A DNA stretch of 63,553 nucleotides, filler included, from Thelocarpon superellum (lineage: Eukaryota), in the NCBI GenBank assembly GCA_026025795.1. It is 2 parts of 2 records of this genome, joined end to end, with 100 filler letters (N's around TTAATTAATTAA, not from the genome) between each part and the next. Parts side by side here need not be neighbours in the genome. Positions count along the whole stretch, not along the records: positions 1 to 31,752 come from JAPEUG010000189.1; 1 more part is not named here. One strand, written 5' to 3'. Both the position numbers and the translations under genes were made by a program. Below, piece after piece: positions 11,947 to 24,328 of the stretch (the stretch's first letter is position 1; every line of letters begins with the position of its first letter). The notes under the pieces are model-generated. The model made no database searches. It was given only the letters and a program-made list of their open reading frames with translations, and had not been told where the DNA came from.

Positions 11947-14010
11947 ATGGTCAAGCCCCGAGTGCTATACTGGTTCCGTACCGATCTGCGTCTGCATGAC
12001 TCCCCCGCGCTCAAGGCGGCATTGGACCTGCATCCCGAGTGTCTCTACCCCATCTGGACGTGGGATCCCCACTATGTCTACCGCGCGCGGGTCGGCGCCA
12101 ATCGTTGGAAATTTCTTCTCGACTGTCAGAACGATCTGTCCGCCTCCATTACGGCCCTGAATCCCAAGTCCAAGCTGTTCGTGATCCGCGAAGCGCCCGT
12201 CACGTTGCTCCCCAAGCTCTTCAAGCGGTGGAAGATCACCCACCTCGTCTTTGAAAAAGACACCGATGCCTATGGCCGAGAACGTGACGACGACGTCACT
12301 CGCTTGGCGCAGGACGCCGGGGTGGAGGTCCTCGTCCGCCTGGGCCGCACCCTCTGGGATCCCGACGCCCTGGTGCAGAAGAACAGCGGCAAACCGACCA
12401 TGAGCCTCACCCAGACGATGAAGGTAGGTGGCGGCCAATCGAGCAGTGCCGCTCCCCGTAGCCCATGACACTGAGGTTGCCCGCAGGCCGGAGCCAAAGT
12501 TGGCCGGATCCCACGCCACATCCCGGCCCCGCAATCGCTGCCGGATCCAGGCAACACCACCCTGGACTTCGACCAGGACCGGCCGCCGGCGGAGCCAGAC
12601 CTGAACGCCATCCAACGCGATGGCGCGGACCAATCGTACCAACATCTCGCGGGGCCACAGGGGGACTTTGCCGTACCCACGATGGCAGAGCTCCGTCTCA
12701 AGCCAGCCACCACGCCGCACCGAGGTGGCGAGCGCGTGGCGCGCAAGATGCTCGACGACATTATCGCCGACACGACCTACACGGCAACGTTTGAAAAGCC
12801 CAACACAGCACCGACCGCCTTTGCGCCACAAGCCACCACGCTGCTGTCCCCTCATCTCCACTTCGGCAGCATCAGCTGCCGGGAGTTCTACTGGCGCGTC
12901 CAGGACGTCGTTGACGCATACAAAGGCCCCGGCAAGGCGAGCCAGCCGCCTACCAGCCTGACCGGCCAAGTGCTCTTCCGCGACATGTACTTCGGCGCGC
13001 AGGCCGCGCTGGGACACAAATTCGGCCAGACGGTAGGAAATCCGCAATGTCGCTTCGTGCCCTGGCTGTTGCCCTCGACGGTCGACCCCGCCAGCGGACT
13101 GATCACAGGCGAACACGAGGTGGACTCGGACGAGGCCGAGCGCTGGTTCCAGGCGTGGAAGCACGGCCGGACCGGCTTCCCCTGGATCGACGGGCTGATG
13201 CGGCAATTGAAGCAGGAAGGATGGATCCACCACCTGGTGAGCCTGCATGCGTGCGTCCTGGTCTCTAGATAGCAGACCCACGCGGGACGAGGCTGACATG
13301 ACGTGTCCGTCATCACGCAGGGTCGTCACTCCGTCGCGGCCTTCCTGACGCGCGGCGGATGCTACATCTCATGGGAACGGGGCGCGGAGGTATTCGAAGA
13401 GTGGCTGTTGGATCACGAACCCGCGTGCAACATCGGCAACTGGCAGTGGCTGTCGTGCACCGCCTTCTACGCCATGTACTATCGCGTCTACTCGCCCGTG
13501 GCCTTTCCCCAGAAATGGGACAAGGACGGCCACTTCATCCGGCACTACGTCCCGGAGTTGAAGGACTATCCGACCAAATACATCTTCGAGCCGTGGAAGG
13601 CGCCGGTGGTGGACCAGAAGAAGGCGGGGTGTTTGGTCAAGACCGTGGAGGAGACGGACGTGGACGCGACTACTGCTGCTACGACTGATACTGCCGACGG
13701 CGGTCGCGACGACAGAAGCGCAGAAAATGGAGCACTACGCACCTACCCCGCACCAATCTTCGACTTTGCAACGCAGCGCGAGAAGTGCATGAGAGGCATG
13801 AAAGCAGCGTACAGCGCTAATCTGTACGGCGACGATGCACGCGTGCTGGATGGATCATGGCGGTCGCTGTTCCCTGCGGACTCTGCTGCTCGCGCTTCTA
13901 CGACATCTGCGTCCAAGGGAAATGGAAAGAGACCCGCGGGAGGAAAAGGAAAGGGGCAAGGCACGTTGGATGGACACATGGTCAAGCGGTCCAAAAAGAA
14001 CGGAGCATGA
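11947..14010 (+). CDS. (6-4) photolyase / cryptochrome-family flavoprotein
   Basis: Motifs [73 protein letters not shown]. Introns 12424-12486 and 13237-13320. Confidence 0.93.
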
Positions 14011-14345
14011 TAGATGAAAAACCGGATCTCAACAAATGAATAGACGAGTGATTGTGAAGTAGGGCAGCAAGACCGAAACCACCGTCGTGCAAGGGCATTT
14101 CATGATCGCATTACCCTATTACCTATCGTAATGTGTAGTAGCGTGGCGGATGCGGAGCTGCCTGCGTCCGCGTGCGCCAGCCATCGCAACCTGGCGACTG
14201 CTTCCTTTTCCTCCCGCACGTCATACCCGACCATGATGTAGCAAACGCCGTCAAGAAAAGCCGGGTGGAAAAAAGACCTCCATGGGTATAATCGAAGCGA
14301 AAGTAATCACGGGGCGGAGAATCTCGGGGGAAGACCCCCAAGCAA

Positions 14346-17165
14346 TCAGTCCGAGATCAGCGGAGCTGAGAGGGGCAGGTTTCTCGACGAACTGCCGACA
14401 AACACCGTCTTGGGATACGCGGAGATGACCCAATTCTGCGAGGTCACGTCCCAATTAGAGAGGTCACGTCGCGTGAGATCGACACGGAAGGTCGTCGAGC
14501 GTCCGGCATCGATGGACAGACGCTGGAAGCCGCGCAGGACGACCTTGGGATCCGTGGGACCGCCGAGGGAGAGATACAGCTGGGGAATCTCCTCCCCATC
14601 CTTGGGTCCAATGTTCGTGATCGTCGCCGATACCTCGTACAACACGTCGTAGAGCTCCACGTTGCCGCCCGGCGCCCCGCCCGCTGGCAGCAAGGGTTGT
14701 GCCGAGTGATTGTGAGCCCCGGCCGGGATGTAGGCCGAGTCGTCTTCGCCATAGTTGACATCGCCCGACGAGAGCGATGCGTTGGGCTGCATCAGGTAAC
14801 CGTAGATGTACCGCGGCACCTGCATGAGGCTCGCCGGGAAGAGATAGTCGCTCAGGTTGGTGCTATGCTGGCCCAGCACCGGGGCCTGGTCTGTCAATCC
14901 CGAGGTGGGTGTGTAGGCGCCGGCCCCGGTCGATCGGATCTGCAGGTTGGAGTAGGCAAAGGCGGTATAAGTCAGTCCAAAGCCAAATTCATACGTCGGC
15001 GTCGTGTTCCTTCGGTCAAAGGCGCGATAGTCGATGAAGATGCCCTCGACAAAGTCCTGCTGCGGCACGCGTACATCGGTCGTGTACATGACGTCCGTAC
15101 CGTAGTCGGTTCGGTTGCGACCCCAGGTGAAGGGCGTCTTGCCCGCCGGCGCCACCCGGCCGTACAACACGTCGGCGAGGGCATTGCCCGATTCCTGGCC
15201 GGGAAGACCAGCCCAGACGATGGCGGTGACGTTGGGGTGGTGGGCAAAGGCATCCACCAACACGGGGCCGACGGTGTGGAGGATGACGATGGTGTTATTA
15301 CACACCGCCGCCACCTTGTGGATGAGCTCATCGCCGGCGTACCAAAGCGTCAGATTGTTCCGGTCACCTGTACCCACCGTCAGTCCTCCACTCGGACGTA
15401 CCCGCGGCGTCGCCACTCACCCATGTTGGTGTCCACCGTGATGTAGGCCTCGCCAGAATCCGAACTGACAAAGACCAACGCCGCCGTAGCTTGGCGAGCC
15501 GCGGCCTGTACGTCGGCATACGCATGATCGTCGGACACGGCGAGGACCTTGGTCTGGTCCGCGTCGGCCTGGGCCCGGATCGCGCTCAAGGGCGTGACGA
15601 GGTAGGGATAGTTGGCGGTACCTGAGCCCCAGCCTTGGGCGAGCGTGGCGTTGTCGCAGCCGCGGTCGGTGCAGGCATTTGGTCCAGCCGGGTTCGCGCT
15701 GGCGTCTTGCCCAAAGACGGCGGTGACGGCCGGTTTGCTCAAGGGCAGCGCGTGACGCTCATTCTTGAGCAGGACGGTGCCACGCGCAGCGAGATCGCGG
15801 ATGAGCGCGGCGTGGTTCCGTTGCACGTTGACATGCTCGTTGACACGCGTCTGGCCCACTTGCGCGGCAAAATGCTCGTAGCCCACGGTCTCGTTGGTCC
15901 AGGAGTCGAAGTTGATGGGCTTCGCCGTCTGGTCGCGACCCACCTTGTACCAGGCCGCCACGATGCGCGTCGCCATGTCGTCGATGCGCCATTCAGGCAC
16001 GGAGCCGTTAATGACGGCCAGGGTCAGGTTGGCGCCCCAGAAGCTGATGCCGTCGCCGAGCACAATGTCGCCCGGCATGTTCATGTCGAGTCCCGCCAAG
16101 GCGGCACCCACGCCCGAATGCTGGGCGCCCCAGTCACTGTGCGCCCGATCAGCGTCCTGTCCGGCTTCTGTCCGGTCCAAGCGTGCGGCGGAAGTACCTC
16201 ATGACGAAGCCTTGAAAGTCCAGCTCGCCCTTGAGCAGGTGGTTGAGGGTCCAGCTATTCTGGCAGGCATAGCTGTTGTTCACCTGGTTATAGCTGCACA
16301 TGACGCTGCCGACGCCGGCGCGCACGGCATCGGCAAAGGGCCAGAGATAAAGCTCATGCATCGTGACATCGTCCGCGTTGGAGCTGATGCTATCGGTAAT
16401 GATGATGCCATCGAGGAGCGCCTCGATGGACTGTCGGAAATGCTCCTGCTCGTTGAGGATGTAATGCTTGGCGCACGCGATGACGCCGGCGTCCTGAATG
16501 CCCTTGATGGTCTCGGCCATGGCGATACCTGTCAAGACGGGGTCCGGGGAGAAGCCTTCCCAATTCCGACCGCCCTCGGGCGCGCGACCCAAGGGCCCGG
16601 CCACGGGACCCAATTGAATGTCGACACCCTTGTCACGGTGCTCGGAGCCCATGGCGTATCCACGCGCGTAGAGCGCGCCGCGATCCCACGTGGCGGCGAT
16701 GGTGGTGCCACCGGGAAAGGCCGAGTTTAGATCCGCTGCCCCGCATTAGCCATGATGCTCGCCGTCCCCTGACGAGGGGATGGAGACGTACTGTCCCGGA
16801 CCCCCATGGGCGAGTCTTGCAAGCACAGGCTCCGGAAGCCCAGGCGGGGGATGGCACCCGTCTGGCCCACGCATCGTTCTTGTTGCCAGCCCACCCCCGT
16901 CGTCAGATTCACCTTCTCGAGCAGGGTAAGCTGCGACACAAAGTGGCGAGCCTTGGTATATGCCTGCGCCCAGTCGCCGCTCCCACTGCCCCATGGCGAT
17001 GGATACGACGATGGTGGAGATTCCTACCGTCCGTGAGCATGCCGTCTACACGAGCGACTGGGCTCGCGTCCGCGAGTTACCTACACTATTGCTCGACGAC
17101 GAAGTCGTGGAGGTGTTTGCGAGCACCGAGAAGATGGAGAGGGCGACACAGCTAGGGACACGCAT
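14346..17165 (-). CDS. Secreted GH3 beta-glucosidase (BglA/Bgl1-like) with C-terminal FnIII domain
   Basis: Signal-like N-terminus MRVPSCVALSIFSVL; motifs LTLLEKVNLTTG, GGRNWEGF, CAKHYILNEQE, GFVMSDW (nucleophile Asp), SDSGE, YEFGFGLTYT. Four introns at about 17024-17084, 16730-16791, 16138-16197 and 15369-15420. Confidence 0.93.
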
Positions 17166-18608
17166 CTCGGAAGCGCCCAAGCCGGCGAGCGTCGTAACGC
17201 TTCAGGCGATCATGCGGTGCTTTCCAGGCCAATGTGCTGCGGATGGAGGCGGACGCGTGCACAGCTATGGATGCAGGCTGAGATATAGATGTGATGGCTG
17301 GCCACGGAAGAGATGAGCATGAGTGGACAAATGATTGATGGGTCAGACATGAGAAGGGCTGACGATGGGTCGACAAGAGGCACGGTGGCAGGGTGGGCGT
17401 CCGTCCGACACGACGCAGCCGGGGCTCGACCACATGGCAGAGCTCTCCTTGCCTACTTTGGTGGCTCGGTGGTCTGTGGACGACGGGAGGAGTTGCACTG
17501 CCGTGAGCACGGTGCAGAAGTCACTCACTCCTACCCGAATCGTTCGACCAGGCCCAGGTCGGTAGTGGGGCCGATCCTTTGGATCCTGGCCGGCACTCGA
17601 GCAGCGGCGGACGCAGACGAGCACCAGCGATTCTCGTCCGGTTTCTTGTGCTTGTGCTGAGGCAGGACGAGGAGTGCCGGTGATGGTGACACATCCGAGG
17701 GAGGCACGATGGAACCCAATTCCCATTGCCCGCGTCCCAGTGCCATGGTGGGCAGCCATGAATGCAGGCATGGGGCGTCGGGTAGGCGGGCAGGCAAGTG
17801 GGAGGATGTTTGTTGATCCGTCCCCTGCTCGGCCGATCTCATGCTCAGTTTAGTGGCAGGCAGGTACGTCATCTGCCGCGCCCAGGTGCTCCCCCGCTTC
17901 CCAAGCTCCCCCCCTCTCCACCTGCCCTTGCCCACGTTGCTTCGTATGCAATCTCCCCACGGATTCCTCGGTGAAAGGCATCTCTCGTCCCTTATGGAGC
18001 CGGTACGAAGTGCATTCTTAGACATGGCACACCAACTGTGTGACATGTCCAAGCGGCGAAGGAAACCGAGGGGCGAGCGTGGGACGAGGACGGTGCGTAG
18101 GGCTTTGCGCCCGCCCGGGGGCGCTTAACACCTGGGGATGACGAGCAAACAGATTGCAGCTGGGATCTGACTAAATGTTACCAACAGTCGAGTGGGTGCG
18201 CCCGTAATACGTCGTATTCGGTCCGTGTCATAGGGTAAAGTGGTGGGTCGCGACCCGATGGGTGCTAGAAGGCCATCCTTCGTCATTTGGGCTGGCGCCG
18301 TCCCAGGCGAAGGATGGTCGCTCAGGCACATGTTGCGAGTGCTGGCAGGGGAGCACGAGGAGGTAGCCCTCCGCTCTCACCTTGGTACTCCCAGTGTGAA
18401 CTCTGTTAGTCGGACGTGCGGTACCACCGGGACTACCGAGGAGCCTGCGGTTGCAGATTCACGGTTAGTCATGGTACTTCGTACAAATATCAAGCTTGAT
18501 TATTACGTCTACAAGTATGGTGCTCGTACGAGTCACGGCATGAGTACGACGAGCACCCACGGTAGGTCCCGTCGGATCCCCATGCGAACTATGGTAGGAG
18601 TAGGAAGT

Positions 18609-20175
18609 CTAGTAGACCCCGGGCAAAATCCGCCAAGGAACCAGCTTCTTGTAGCGACGCCAGTCGTCGCCGTACTTGGCCACGCATTTCTGCTCATCGC
18701 GCATCTCACGGTGGATGAGCAGGACGGCGAAATAGAGCATGTAGAAGTAGGTGAAGACCATGCCCCAGCCCCGCGCTGGTCCCGGTAGCACTTGCGCCGA
18801 AGCGCCCGACCCGTGCACCACGAAACCGGCCACGCCTGTTGGCAGCACGTATGCCCACGACATGATCCAGTCGCCCAGATAGTTGATGTGTCGCGCCGTT
18901 CCCCACCACCCCGACGTCAACAGCTTGCTCCCTGACTTGGTCTCGAGGTACGTCAGGTGGGCCACGCGCGGGTCCGCCGGATTCGCACGGAAGCGGCTCT
19001 TCTCGTTGTTGGAGGCGCGGAAGATGTAGTAGCCGAGCAGCTGCACCGCGATGACGCCCAACGTGCCGCGCACGCCCAGCTGGACCGGATGCATGGCGAG
19101 GTAGCGCGCCTGCAGACTGTAGGTGAAGGGCAGCCACACGAGGTCGCCGAAGCTCAGCATGAAGCCGAAGCCGTCGTTGATGATGTCGATGGTCGAGAGC
19201 ATGGCCGGCTCCAGGTACTGCGCGTCCAGCACGTACACGAGCTGCGACACTGTGATGATCAGGATGCTGTCCGTCACGAAGCCAAACGTCCGGTACTGAT
19301 GCGCCACGAAGGCCAGGTCGAGCAAGATCCAGCCGATGAATCCTGGCCGGATCTCGCAGAAGAACTTCAGGTCCACCGCGCCGAGCAGCGGGATGGTGAC
19401 CGACGGGTTCAGCTCGCGTCCGAAGAACCAATCGTACACCAGGTTCCCCGTTTGCCCGCCCGCCGCCAGCTCGCGCTTGGCCGTGTTGCCCGCCTGCACC
19501 TGGAAGCTGCGCACGTAGGTGAAGCAGGCCATGGCCACGGAAATCCCGATGCTGGCCGCCAGTAATTGCACGAGATTGTCCCAGATGAAGGTCCAGAGCA
19601 CAAAGTCGGCGCCCTGGATCACCGTGCCGACGGTGGCCATGGCTAGAATGCAGACACACACGCTAAAGGCTGCGTCAAATCATCAGCGCCGGCCAGGCGT
19701 GACTGGGTAGAAGGCTAGCGACGGAGTGATCCCGTACCATTGCATTTGTACGTCAATCGACCCCCAGTCCGAAGCTCGACGCCTTCGACCTCCGCTCCCG
19801 GCAAGACGACGGACAAGACCAAGACGAGGATGTAGTAGGCCAGCAAGCACAGCGTGGCATTGACGCTGGCGAGACCCGCGAGACCGGTCCAGCCCACGTC
19901 ACGCTGCAACGTCTCGAGGCTGAGGCTGCGGGGATGGAGCAATGACGGGACGGGACAGCCCGAGCGATCATTGCAGAGCATGATCGCCGCGTAGCACAAA
20001 AGTGGAAGGACCACGGTGATGGCGAGTGCGCCGAGACTGTCGAGGTCAGGATCAGGATCAGTGAGGACCGTAACGGAGCGTCATCGAAGTCCGCGAGGGA
20101 TGCCACTTACGGGCCTCCAAACTCGTAGCCATGCAACGCTCCGGGCACAGGCCCTTCGCTTTTGCCAGCCGTCAT
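18609..20175 (-). CDS. ERG24: Delta(14)-sterol reductase
   Basis: Motifs YEFGGP, YDWFFGRELNP, DGFGFMLSFGDL, LLTSGWWGTARHINYLGD, KYGDDW..Y..VPWRILPGVY. Introns at about 20038-20110 and 19670-19737. Confidence 0.93.
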
Positions 20176-20768
20176 GCTCGATCAATCCCAATCGATGGAA
20201 CTTCGCAAGAGCTGACCGACCGCTGAAGAATCAAGGACCAAGCATGTCTAGACGATGGACGGGCCGAAGCACATATACATCCACCCTTTTAGGACGTCGG
20301 CGTCACCACGACCAAAGGCCCCGAGCGCGCCGGAACTCCAAGATCCCGACAAGGAGACGCAAAAGCACCAGCACTACTAGCGGCCGGTCGCTCGAGCCCG
20401 CCGGGCGCTAACCCGGAAGGTGGTAGTGGGAGTTTCATCCGTCAGGGCGCGGCCAACCACCAAAAAGCCTCGAGGCATGATTGTCAGATCCGTCCAATGA
20501 AACGGCCGTGACGACCACGGCGTCGTCGTATGCCGTACGAGTATTGTCCACCATCTCTCTTCTCATCAGCGAGGTTCCCTGTACGAACGACGCTTTCATC
20601 ACCGTGCGGACTATCGAGCCAACGACACCTCTCTGCGATTCATCGTACGACCGTGCTTCGTGCGAGCCTTGGGAGCATCGCCCCCGTCGCCGCTGACCGC
20701 GCAGCCCGTCCCTTCTTTGGTCGGCGCCGTTGCGCTTTCCTGCGGCCAAGGAGTCCGTTGGTGCCAAC

Positions 20769-22026
20769 ATGTACCTCCAACCCTCCAACGTCGCCCTCCT
20801 CGCCTGTCTCGTCCCCGGCCTTCTTGTGGCGGCGGCCGAGGACAAGAAGACGCCGTCCAAGCCGAAACCAGCGCCGTGTACCCTCCACTCGCCCAACACG
20901 GGCTCCTTCTTCGACATCACCCCCATCTCTCTCGTCGCGCCCAAGCCCGGCACGAAAGCTCACAAGGACCAGCGGACGGAGAGTTGGCAGGCCCGGGGCT
21001 ACGACTATCCCACCAACTTCACTCTCAACATCTGCGCGCCGGTGCTGGAAGAGGTCAAGAACGTCGTGGGCATCGAGAAGGATCGATGGAGGAACGTCAG
21101 CGCCTACTACGAGCTGAAGGGAAAGACCTATTCCATCGGGTACGTGGCATGTGTCGGGTGTCATGAGACCGGCGCACTTGGTCAGCATCTAACCTCGCAT
21201 GCGTGTGACAGACAACAGTCGTCCGAGCCGGTCTTTCGAGGACGCAAGCTAGTCCTCAACTATACCGACGGCTCGCCCTGCACCGCGTCTTCCCAGTCCA
21301 AACAAGCTCGAAGCAGCACATTCGGGGGCGACGACGACGACGACGACGACGATGAGACGGAGGGCAAGAAGAAGGGCAGCAAGGAGAAAGAGAAGGAGCA
21401 GACCCGGACCAAGTCGACGTTGATCTCGCTCCTGTGCGAACGGGATCCCTTGGCGCCCGACGCGGCCGTGTCATTTGTCGGGGCGAGCCCTGATGAATGC
21501 GCCTACTTCTTCGAGCTGCGATCGCATGCTGCCTGCGCCGGCGTCAGCGAGGCGCAACAGACCTTGGGCCCCGGCGGGGTCTTTGGCGTCATGTTGGTCA
21601 CATTCTCCTCCGACCGTTTCTCCCCGCTAACCGGCTGCCAGCGCGCTCATCGCCATCCTGGTGTACCTGATCGGTGGGTGCGTCTATCAACGCACGGTGA
21701 TGCACGCCCGTGGCTGGCGACAGCTGCCCAACTACCGGATGTGGGCGGGCATGGCCAGCTTCGTGCGGGTAAGACAACTTCCACCGTCGCCGTCCTCGTC
21801 GATCTTGTCGATCCGGGGGGCCAGAGGGCTGACTGCCACCACTGCATAGGACATGTTCATCATCCTCACCTCGTCATGTGCACGCCTCATCCCGCACAGC
21901 CGAGGGTACCGATCTCTGGCCAGTTCGACCCCCAACGGCGCGACGCATGGCAGTCGCGGAACGGGGGCACGAAGTGACGACGAGAACCGGCTCATCGATC
22001 AACTGGACGAGGAGTGGGACGATTGA
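20769..22026 (+). CDS. MRL1: Mannose-6-phosphate receptor-like vacuolar sorting protein
   Basis: Signal peptide; MRH domain (GYDYPTNFTLNIC, GRKLVLNYTDGSPC, CAYFFELRSHAAC); TM segment followed by YQRTVMHARGWRQLPNY; acidic tail DDENRLIDQLDEEWDD. Three introns. Confidence 0.88.
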
Positions 22027-22600
22027 CGTAGGCGGGTCTCTGTGTACCATATCTACCGTGGACTCTCGTCGGACAATGGATGGCGTTTCGGTCCTCTTTC
22101 TCTCCATTGCAAATCGGAGCCATCGTGTGGTCTAGCTTGGGCCGGGATCTGGGCGTGGCCAAGGAACAAGGCCGACGGACATGTTTCTCCGTTTCATCGT
22201 TTCATCAATCTCTCCCATCTTCTCCCGCGTCATCTTCTATCTTTGAATGCTCACATCTTGCATCGATAAAGATGGGGTCAGCGCGGAGGATGGAGGGCTG
22301 GCTACCCCGGCTGCGCTATAATGTCACGTAAGGTACGAATCATCTACCACCATACTACTACTAGTAGTACCAGCATTCACGATGATGATGATAATAAGAG
22401 GGAGTGCTGCATAATCCCTCCTCGGTAAACAGGGAGGACCTTTTTGATCAGGCATAGTATGCCTGTCATGTGCTGATGAGGAGGGTGGTCGGTCCGAGAC
22501 CATTGGTGTGATGTGCGCAGACTCATTCCCATCAGCAGTAAAGCACAACGCTCCAGATGCGCCAGCAGGCACGTATGATGATTTCCTGCCGCAGCTGCTG

Positions 22601-22691
22601 CGGCGACGAAGAAGAGCCGATGCACATCTCGGCGACGAAGAAGAGCCGATGCACATCTCGGCGAAGAAGAAGAGCCGATGCACATCTCGGC
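22601..22691. repeat. 29-bp tandem repeat, 3 copies
   Basis: Unit CGGCGACGAAGAAGAGCCGATGCACATCT, with one mismatch in the third copy. Confidence 0.92.
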
Positions 22692-24292
22692 TAGGCGCAG
22701 CAGGGGAGCAGGCCGCGAGGGATCCGACGCACGATCACCAGATCCTGACCAGACGATAGGGATTCAGAGATTTCCGATCGAGCGGTGGGTTTCGAGTCGT
22801 GACCCGGCCCAGCCATTCAATTCCCTGAGTCATGAAGAGGTGGGGTGGGGGCCTCTAGATCCATCTAGCACGCGTGTCGGAGGGAGTGGGGAGAGGGGCA
22901 GTTTCCAATTTTCAATTTTCAGTTTTTCAGGTTTCCTTGTGATGCTGGCCGGGCCCGTGACGCCCAACGCGGTGGTCCGTGGTGTCAGGCCGCGGACCCC
23001 GCCTCTTTGCCCTGCTGCACGCACGACACTGCTTGGCCCGAAGTGGAGTATGGACACCTGCTGCTCCCGCTCCCCACACCCGCCTTCTGCCCGTGACCTG
23101 AAGGTGAGTCAAGCATCAATCGCACGCCAGGCCATGGTGAAACACTCGATGCTTCATCTATGGTGCATCTATGATGCATCTACCATGCTACTTTACATGC
23201 ACGATATCCCAGATATCCAAGCTGCATCTGACCTCCAGTCGTAGCGGTGGCTCTGATGGTGGCGCCGGCGCTGCTGGCGGTGGGGCCGTGACTCACGGAA
23301 GCGAACTACTGCAGGCTACGCTGTAGGCTGCGCGCTGCACGCTGCATGTGTCCGGCCCTCCGTCTTCGACACGCGTCCGTGGCAGAGTAAGAGAAAAGAG
23401 GTGAAGGAAGTAAAAAAACTTGGATTTGGACCAGGCCGAAGCGCAATGCCTTGCGACGAAAGAATGCAGGGAAGGGAAGGAGAGGAAGTTACTTGTGCTC
23501 TCGTGCTATATCGTGGAAAAAGTCAATGTCGGCGAGGGGTGCCAACAGACGGGAGGGGTGCGGTCGGCGCGTGTCGGCGTCAAGGGCAAGGCGGGGGAAG
23601 GGGCCGGACGGTACTCATGGGCATGGAGAAGTACGAGGGCGATCGTTACAAGCCACCGTGGGCACGTCCGGTGGCGTGTGCCTGATCCGGGATCGGGTGG
23701 CGGCAAGAGATGCCCTTGGGCACGAGGCCTGTCTTGGATGTCGCCATCTTGGTTTCGTTTCGAGTCCGGCCTCAGGCTCGATCACGATCGCGGCGCTTCT
23801 CGTGCTGGGCGGGTAGGGGCGACGGGTGCGACGGGTGCGACGGGACCTGGGCAGGGCGTACCGACGGATCCATTGCACCACCACGAACGCGGCGCCGATG
23901 GCGGCGGGCCTGGTGGTCCCGACCAGGTGGGTCTTCGTTTTGGGGGTGAAACGGCCAACGAACCGTCTAGATGGCGCACGGTCCACAACTTGGAACTTGA
24001 AGGGCGCTTGCGACGCCTTCCCACTTCCCCGATTGACGGCGATGCCCCAAATCCCGATGTGCCCAGCGTCCCGGTGTCCTAGCATCCCAATATCCTTGGA
24101 CCTACAGAGCCCGCCAAAGACGCAAGCGAGGCTGCGAGGATAAGCTTCTGCTGGGATGGGTCCTGTGCTGGGGCCGGTGGTGGTGCAGGAAAGCACGCCG
24201 ACACAATGGTGGGTGGGCTTGACGCAATCGTGCCGGGCACCGGATTGGTCGACGCCGATTGATTTGATGGTCATGGATGGCCCCACCTGTCC

Positions 24293-24328
24293 CTCGACCG
24301 ACTCGACCGACTCGACCGACTCGACCGA
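24293..24328. repeat. (CTCGACCGA)x4 tandem repeat
   Basis: Directly visible 9-mer array. Confidence 0.88.

Noticed and set aside
11965..13329. Long antisense ORFs (also 39812-40951, 43375-44211, 48416-49705, 56911-57924)
   Set aside because: Shadow frames of GC3-biased real genes, with no independent motifs.
22601..22691. CRISPR-like hairpin repeat
   Set aside because: No unique spacers, no cas genes, and a eukaryotic context.
22784..22815. TTCGA T-loop-like motif
   Set aside because: No cloverleaf, D-arm or acceptor stem.
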